A program made the translations under genes and the position numbers. A stretch of DNA of 64,000 bases from Coleofasciculus chthonoplastes F2-STO-03. Lineage in GTDB: Bacteria; Cyanobacteriota; Cyanobacteriia; Cyanobacteriales; Coleofasciculaceae. The notes beneath the pieces are model-generated. The model saw only the letters and a program-made list of their open reading frames with translations, searched no databases and was not told the origin of the DNA. The DNA lies in assembly GCA_040222015.1 (NCBI GenBank), contig JAVJWO010000134.1, positions 39,035 to 103,034 of the forward strand, given 5' to 3'. This document shows, in pieces, positions 58,142 to 64,000 of the stretch (positions are counted from its first letter, which is position 1; every line of letters begins with the position of its first letter).

Positions 58142-58735
58142 CTACGCTTCAACTTCTCGATGTCCCAACTTCCAAAAGAAACTAGACAGCCAATTAGTCG
58201 CCACATGAGCCACAATCGGAACCAGCAAATTCCCCGTACCGACAGCACTAACCCCTAGTAACACTCCCACAATCGTTGCCCAAACTACATAGGGCCACTG
58301 TTGGGAACCACTCAAATGTAAAATGCCAAACACCAAGCTAGAAATAATCACACCCAGGGCGTTCAAACCAATGGCGGGTAACATCACTCCCCGAAATAGC
58401 AACTCTTCACTCATACCCGGAAGTAACCCCAACCAAATCAGATCCGGTAATACCAACGGCTTTAAAACCAAGTTGAGGTAAACATCAGCACTTTTACGGT
58501 AAGCTGACCACAAACGATAGACCACACTACTCATCGCAGTAATTCCTACGCCCATACCTAATCCAATGAGTAATCCTTCTACAGTAAAGTCTAGGGATAA
58601 GAGTATCACCGACCCAAATTTCAGCCAGAGTTTAGCCACGACGAGCAAAACAACCGCCGTTATCCCCATAGCAACTAACACTTGGGTGCGGGTGAGGGGT
58701 TCAAAGTCAGGGTTATCAGGAAGCTGTTTAGTCAC
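58142..58735 (-). CDS. CPBP (Abi/CAAX) intramembrane metalloprotease
   Basis: EELLFRG, FGILH, AHVATN. Confidence 0.92.
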   Translation of the reverse strand: MTKQLPDNPDFEPLTRTQVLVAMGITAVVLLVVAKLWLKFGSVILLSLDFTVEGLLIGLGMGVGITAMSSVVYRLWSAYRKSADVYLNLVLKPLVLPDLIWLGLLPGMSEELLFRGVMLPAIGLNALGVIISSLVFGILHLSGSQQWPYVVWATIVGVLLGVSAVGTGNLLVPIVAHVATNWLSSFFWKLGHREVEA

Positions 58736-59787
58736 TAATATATAGATAAGCTACGCATAGACGACAGGCAGGGACTCAGAGCATCGGCACTAATTCCAGC
58801 GCGATGGATCACTAACATACCCAGTGCCTCTACATACGAGTGTACTCGCACCGCTTTAATTGCTAAAGGTTCTGGAGGCACTTGCATGGAGGTTTGGTTA
58901 TCCTCAACGGCAATAATTTGAGTCCGTAACTGACTTAAGCTTAACAAGGCACTACCGCCACAGGCATTAGCGGGAATCACCACCGCATCCACATCCTCTG
59001 CCCAAATTGCTCCCGGTTGACGCCGCCTCACCTGAAATTGCGGGGCGCGACTTAATCCCACCAGCACACAGGGTAAAAACGTATAGCCTAATTCCTCGGC
59101 TGCCGATCGCGGCGACAAGTTCGGTTCTAGGGGAAGGGGCATTAATGCCGGGGCGTGGGCGCAAGGGATTTGGAAGGTTCGCACGATTAGGTGACTAATC
59201 ACGGCTTCTGCACCTGCGAGAGGATCAACCCCTTGTCCCTGTCGGTATGCTTCTAGGGCTTCGCTTCCCAGATCATCAGGGAAACGAGCCACTACTGCGA
59301 TCGCGTCTGCCTTTGCCTGTTGAATCAGTACCTCTGCCGATCGCAACAAACTATCCGGATTGCCTATTGTACCCCAACTCGCACCCGATGGTGCTGTCCG
59401 CAGTTCCACATTTAAGGGGGCGTCGGTGATCACGTAATCAGTCAGATTCAGTCCTAACGTGGCTCTGGTGGCATCAGCCGCTTGCAGGTGGCGCAAACGC
59501 AGATCCGGTTCAATTCCCTGGTCAAGAATTAATCCCACCCGATTTTGATGCACGGGTTGTAATCCCCAGCATCCAGCGGCAAATTTGTCAAGTCCATAGC
59601 CTTCGACATAGAGGGCGTTGGGCAAATTCCAATAGAGTTGGGCACCATTGAGGACATTGGGATGAGTAATTAGGCGATCGCAGATTTGCGCGATCGCTCT
59701 GGCGACGGGTAAAGCGTCTCCCGCATAGCCACCAATGGATGCGCCAATTCCTGTGGGAACGATTAAAACAACGGTGTAAGGACGCAC
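58735..59787 (-). CDS. DUF3326 family protein
   Basis: IVPTGIGASIGGYAGDA, ITHPNVLNGA, GAEAVISH. Confidence 0.85.
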   Translation of the reverse strand: MRPYTVVLIVPTGIGASIGGYAGDALPVARAIAQICDRLITHPNVLNGAQLYWNLPNALYVEGYGLDKFAAGCWGLQPVHQNRVGLILDQGIEPDLRLRHLQAADATRATLGLNLTDYVITDAPLNVELRTAPSGASWGTIGNPDSLLRSAEVLIQQAKADAIAVVARFPDDLGSEALEAYRQGQGVDPLAGAEAVISHLIVRTFQIPCAHAPALMPLPLEPNLSPRSAAEELGYTFLPCVLVGLSRAPQFQVRRRQPGAIWAEDVDAVVIPANACGGSALLSLSQLRTQIIAVEDNQTSMQVPPEPLAIKAVRVHSYVEALGMLVIHRAGISADALSPCLSSMRSLSIY

Positions 59788-59792
59788 AATAA

Positions 59793-59987
59793 TTAAGGGG
59801 TGGACGGTTGAGGATTAGTCTTGGTGACAATCGCTTCAACCTGAGCCTTTTGCTCCTGAGTATCCACAGATGTAACCGCCCAACGCAGGGGTTCTCCCTG
59901 TTTTTGCAGTTGTGTCTCAATCGCTTGATGGAGTTGTTTGGGTGACTCTTGGAGGTCAATTTCAGCAGTAATGAAGTGAGTTGTCAT
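59793..59987 (-). CDS. small hypothetical protein
   Basis: 64 aa, GEPLRWAVT motif, in operon between ferredoxin and DUF3326. Confidence 0.75.
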   Translation of the reverse strand: MTTHFITAEIDLQESPKQLHQAIETQLQKQGEPLRWAVTSVDTQEQKAQVEAIVTKTNPQPSTP

Positions 59988-60111
59988 TTTCTTAGTGGGG
60001 TAAATTACAATAAATGATCAATTGTCAAGGGGTACAAATGCTGGGTGCATGTCAACACAAGTAGGTTGGGTTGAGCGAAGTCGAAACCCAACGCCCCAAC
60101 ACCATGCTGAC

Positions 60112-60432
60112 TCAAGACGGTTGACCGAATTGGCGATCATAAACCTCGTCTTCCTTACCGGATTCAACTTTCAGGTTAGAGCGAGGTAAGGCGATACAAA
60201 GCAAGACATACCCTTCCTCTTGCAATTCGGGTCCAAGTCCCATCCCTTCGCTTTGATCAACAGAACCCTCAATGATTTTAGCGGCACAGGTTGTACAAAC
60301 GCCAGCATTACAGGCATTGGGTAAGTCCATACCTTGGTCTTCAGCAGCCCGAAGAATTTGTTTATCCTCTGGGACTTCTATCGTGTAGGTTGTTCCTTCG
60401 TGATTAATTTCGACGGTGTAAGTCTTAGGCAT
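60112..60432 (-). CDS. 2Fe-2S plant-type ferredoxin
   Basis: CNAGVCTTC...LLC. Confidence 0.93.
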   Translation of the reverse strand: MPKTYTVEINHEGTTYTIEVPEDKQILRAAEDQGMDLPNACNAGVCTTCAAKIIEGSVDQSEGMGLGPELQEEGYVLLCIALPRSNLKVESGKEDEVYDRQFGQPS

Positions 60433-60564
60433 TGTACCTCTTAGCGGCTTTCCAGGTTGACTTTCCCTGTTCGGGAAAAAATATTGACCGGGATTATTTT
60501 AACGTTTGGTGCCGGATTCCAGGCTATCCTTAAGTTTATTACGAGACTGATACTCTATATTCTC

Positions 60565-60828
60565 ATGGTTGATCCGATCGCATCCTCTCGTACCCACCAG
60601 GCTGAACCCTCCTTCCCCCCCTCTTGGAACTATGAGGCGACAGTGGCTCAGGTGGAGACGATTATCGAGCAAATCGAGCGGGGGGAACTGGAATTAGCCG
60701 AGGTATTTGACCAATTTGCCTCAGCGGTAGAGTATTTGCGTCAATGTGAAGGCTTTCTGCAACAGCGACAACAGCAAATGGATTTGTTGATTGAGACATT
60801 AACAGATGAGTCAGATTCCCAGACTTAA
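60565..60828 (+). CDS. xseB: exodeoxyribonuclease VII small subunit
   Basis: [30 protein letters not shown]; probable ATG 60565. Confidence 0.85.
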   Translation: MVDPIASSRTHQAEPSFPPSWNYEATVAQVETIIEQIERGELELAEVFDQFASAVEYLRQCEGFLQQRQQQMDLLIETLTDESDSQT

Positions 60829-61072
60829 TCTCTACAGTTTTGCTTATTTATTCGATAACTAATTACCTTGTTCAATCTAGCGTTTTTCGGTTGGGTGAGG
60901 TACATGACTAAGGGCGCAAGCCTTGCGCCCCTACAGATTTTATGTAGGGTGGGCAAGAGTCATAAACCTTGAAGCTTATTATATCTTGCATCTGGCGATT
61001 ATAAATTCCCGCTTTTCATTGTATTAATTATTAAGGTTTATTTCTGATTGTTTGATGCAAAAGAATGTCTAA

Positions 61073-61729
61073 TCACCCCCAAGGGAGAGAAGGGCTTGAT
61101 GCATCAGGATGTTGTTCTGGGACTTGAATTCCAGGAACCCAAATTCGTAATCTGTCCCATATATGGCGCAGTGTCATATACACTTCTGTAATATCAGTAA
61201 TCTCAGTTTGAGCATCAATTTGATCGACCTGAGCTTCTGCTTGCTCACACATCTGCTTAAGCTGCTCAATCACCCTCTGCCTATCTTGTGAAGATGTTGC
61301 TCTCTGAAAATTATCTCGAATGAAAATAAAAATTTCAGTAAAAATTGGAATCACGGAAGATGAATCAATAGCACATGAAATTGTGTCCGAATATCCCCAC
61401 CAAATAGCTCCTATATCTGCCGCTGATCTACCGAGTTCAGTTGCCGTATGACAAGCAAAAGCATAAACGGTACGTTGACTGAGCAGTTGCAAATCATGTA
61501 TATTATCACAGGACAAAGCTACCTCCCCCTTGTGACCTTTCAAGGCATTACGAACACCGTGACACATAGCAAATACAGGCAATAAATTCGCTTTAGATAA
61601 TACGGCGATAAGTTCTTGGCGTGTTGCTTTCTTTTCAAAAAATGTGACACAATCCTCTGTTATAATTAGCTTTGCAATAGCGATATTTGCCTCAGTAGAT
61701 GGATCATAAGCCGGAACAAATACAATCAT
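61073..61729 (-). CDS. hypothetical protein, possible caspase-like (His-Gly / Ala-Cys) fold
   Basis: VFAMCHG and VYAFACHTA motifs; coupled (ATGA) to upstream gene. Confidence 0.6.
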   Translation of the reverse strand: MIVFVPAYDPSTEANIAIAKLIITEDCVTFFEKKATRQELIAVLSKANLLPVFAMCHGVRNALKGHKGEVALSCDNIHDLQLLSQRTVYAFACHTATELGRSAADIGAIWWGYSDTISCAIDSSSVIPIFTEIFIFIRDNFQRATSSQDRQRVIEQLKQMCEQAEAQVDQIDAQTEITDITEVYMTLRHIWDRLRIWVPGIQVPEQHPDASSPSLPWG

Positions 61730-62502
61730 TCAGATTCTCTCCGATTCGCTTTTCGCTTCATAAAATCTCGTGCTACTCTAAGTACATCTGATGCATATTG
61801 CTGACCAATATCTGTACCTTCTTCAATTTGCTTTCGGAGTTCTTCTGCTGTAAAAAGCTCTCCTGTTGCCGTTTTCCAAATGACCGTAGTTGCCGGAATT
61901 ATTTCCCGAATAAGCCCAGCAAAAACATCCCGACTAATATTACGGGAAACACTTTCAAAATGAGGTGTTGGTTGGTCAGCTAATAAGCGATCAAGACCTT
62001 GTAAAAAGTTCCGCAGTGAAGGTGCTCTTGCCTCCGCTCTATCAATATTTATATTTTTCACAAATTGCCAAGAACTAATAGTCTTGCCAAAAGCTAGTTC
62101 TGCATGACTTTTTGGACTTTTAATGTCTTCGGGTAACGGCAGTGCAGGTGATACTTCAATTCCCCATTGAGTTTTGGCGTTTTCTATAGCTGTAATCTCA
62201 TCGGCAAAAATCCAAGTCTCAACTTCTGGAATAGCACAAAAGACTCGTACAGAAGGATATCCTAACCGTCTGCGAGCCTTGTCTAAAGCCTCTGGAACGC
62301 TTGCTGCATCACAGTTAACTAAAACAGCACAACTTCTTGTGATACCAGGAGGTAATCCTTGTAAGAAAATTTTTAGATTACTTTTAGCAACTGCATTTAT
62401 TTTAATCTTCTCTAGAGGGTAATTAGCCGCTTCCAGAATCCAAGATACGATCTGAATGTGATTTTTATTCTCAACAATAAGTTGAATTGATCCATCTTTC
62501 AT
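61726..62502 (-). CDS. hypothetical protein, DUF4276/TOPRIM-like
   Basis: IQLIVE, VLVNCD, AIPEVETWIFADE, APSLRNF motifs; probable ATG 62502. Confidence 0.6.
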   Translation of the reverse strand: MKDGSIQLIVENKNHIQIVSWILEAANYPLEKIKINAVAKSNLKIFLQGLPPGITRSCAVLVNCDAASVPEALDKARRRLGYPSVRVFCAIPEVETWIFADEITAIENAKTQWGIEVSPALPLPEDIKSPKSHAELAFGKTISSWQFVKNINIDRAEARAPSLRNFLQGLDRLLADQPTPHFESVSRNISRDVFAGLIREIIPATTVIWKTATGELFTAEELRKQIEEGTDIGQQYASDVLRVARDFMKRKANRRESE

Positions 62503-62580
62503 GGTTAAGCCTAGCAAGATTAATAGATCCTGATCAATTGCCCATCTACCCATTCTTTATGGTCAGGGGGATTCAGCAAA

Positions 62581-62683
62581 TATAGCAGTACGCTCTCGCG
62601 TAGTTACAGTACAAATGTTCTAATATACTCCTGATAAAGCCTCAATTTCTAATGTGTAAATACACGCCTAGCGTAGCGCTATA
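62581..62683 (+). mobile_element. ~103-bp MITE-like repeat containing LexA-box-like AGTACAAATGTTCT (62608-62621)
   Basis: TATAGC...GCTATA ends; homologue at 56342-56443. Confidence 0.75.
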
Positions 62684-62850
62684 GTCTTCGACAGAGAAAA
62701 CAGGAGACTCAACCTAAGACTCCTGGGAATTCGCGATCGCGTATGCCATAATCATCCATTATCCTTTGCCACAATTATCCCCATTATCCATATTGTGAGG
62801 AGTAATCAGTCACCCCCAACAAATGACAAATGACAAAGGACAAATGACCA

Positions 62851-63819
62851 TTAAGCCAACATTTCCTGCGCCCGCTTAATATTTTTACGAACCGATTCTG
62901 CTGACGTATGCAGGGCGGCGCGTTCGGTATCCGTGAGGTTAATTTCCACAACTTTTTCGACACCACGACACCCTAACCGTATGGGGACACCAATGAAAAT
63001 ATCCTTTAAACCATACTCCCCATCTAGGTAGGATGACACGGGCAAAAGTCGCGACTGATTATGTAAAATGGCTTCCACCATCGCGCAAGTCGAGGATGCA
63101 GGCGCTGAATACGCCCCCCCAGTTTTCATCAGATTCACAATTTCTGCGCCACCATGACGAGTCCGATCAACTAAACGATCAACTGTTTCCTCATCCATCA
63201 GTTCAGTAATCGGAATTCCTCGCACCGTCGAGTAGCGGGGTAAAGGTACCATTAAATCCCCATGACCCCCTAAGACTAACCCACTGACATCCGCAATCGA
63301 TACCCCTAATTCCATCGCAATGAAGGTTTGGAAACGGGCAGAATCCAGCATTCCTGCCATTCCCATCACCCGTGACGTGGGTAATCCTAATGTCTGCCAG
63401 ACCAAATAGGTCATCACATCTAGGGGATTGGTGACAATAATGTACAAGGCATCAGGCGATCGCGCGATCGCTTTTTCTGCCACCTCAACCGCAATCTTGG
63501 CATTAATTTTGAGTAAATCATCTCGATTCATCCCCGGTTTACGGGGTAAACCCGCCGTGATGATCACCACATCAGACCCCGTGGTATCCATATAATCATT
63601 GGTGCCAGTAATCTCGCGATTGTGACAATCCATTCCCTGTGCCTCCATTAAATCTAGGGCAATACCTTGGGGAATACCGGGAACAATGTCTAAAAGTACC
63701 ACATTTGCCAAATTGCGTTGGGCAATCCGGTGCGCCAACGTGCTACCGACATGACCCGCGCCAATCACGGTGACGCGGTGATCATTGCAGGCGATAGGTA
63801 AATTCGAGGAAAATGCCAT
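62851..63819 (-). CDS. mdh: malate dehydrogenase (LDH-like)
   Basis: VIGAGHVG, TAGLPRKPGMNRDDL, VTNPLD, LDSARF, LGGHGD. Confidence 0.95.
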   Translation of the reverse strand: MAFSSNLPIACNDHRVTVIGAGHVGSTLAHRIAQRNLANVVLLDIVPGIPQGIALDLMEAQGMDCHNREITGTNDYMDTTGSDVVIITAGLPRKPGMNRDDLLKINAKIAVEVAEKAIARSPDALYIIVTNPLDVMTYLVWQTLGLPTSRVMGMAGMLDSARFQTFIAMELGVSIADVSGLVLGGHGDLMVPLPRYSTVRGIPITELMDEETVDRLVDRTRHGGAEIVNLMKTGGAYSAPASSTCAMVEAILHNQSRLLPVSSYLDGEYGLKDIFIGVPIRLGCRGVEKVVEINLTDTERAALHTSAESVRKNIKRAQEMLA

Positions 63820-63859
63820 GGCTATAGATCGATTCTGCGATCGCGACTAAACTACAGGC

Positions 63860-64000
63860 ATAAACTACCCAGACCTGCTAAGAGCTGAGGTCTGGGTTTT
63901 TAGTAGCCCTAAAGTCATCGAACAAGCTAAGCTGAACATACTTAATAGTTCGGCTTAGCTTGCACGATAACCCCGTGCCTCCAGGCTGGTTTATAGACAG
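63860..64000 (+). ncRNA. structured element resembling the 5' end of an omega-RNA/HEARO, cut by the window edge
   Basis: ATAAAC..GTTTAT outer stem, ACCCAGACCT/AGGTCTGGGT and CAAGCTAAGCTGAAC/GTTCGGCTTAGCTTG hairpins. Confidence 0.4.

Noticed and set aside
1..64000. tRNA/rRNA genes, reverse transcriptase (DGR/retron), prophage
   Set aside because: No recognisable signatures seen by eye; a covariance-model scan was not possible.

Overview
Chromosomal window from a filamentous cyanobacterium. This is inferred from abundant HIP1 octamers (GCGATCGC), heptamer STRR repeats, Uma2/PEP-CTERM/CHASE2 genes and GTAG-hairpin repeats; Coleofasciculus/Oscillatoriales-like is a guess. The first 13.3 kb is a four-gene restriction-like defence locus: DUF499 ATPase, small DUF3780-position protein, DUF1156-type DPPY methyltransferase and PLD-SNF2 helicase. 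It is interrupted by a Uma2 gene and a REP-associated tyrosine transposase (RAYT). A 22-nt REP hairpin (GTAG/GGAG-T-GCGAGCATCTTGCTCGC, with compensatory variants) occurs upstream of the locus, in most intergenic spacers and three times in frame inside the methylase and helicase. Each REP pair carries short tandem repeats, mostly anchored on a hairpin arm, and their unit lengths are multiples of 3 when coding. The rest of the window is mostly housekeeping and signalling genes (ndk, pepA, purN, xseB, mdh, slt, three hybrid kinases, Hsp70-like). It also holds a MITE-bracketed modular GH9 cellulase, a 2.2-kb IS with TIR/TSD and two broken ORFs, a methyltransferase/aminotransferase cluster apparently fused by deletion, two AT-rich candidate defence gene pairs, a MITE that inserts into REP hairpins with 9-bp TSDs, a MITE carrying a LexA-box-like site, and IscB omega-RNA-like remnants. 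All family names come from motif recognition by eye, not from database searches.
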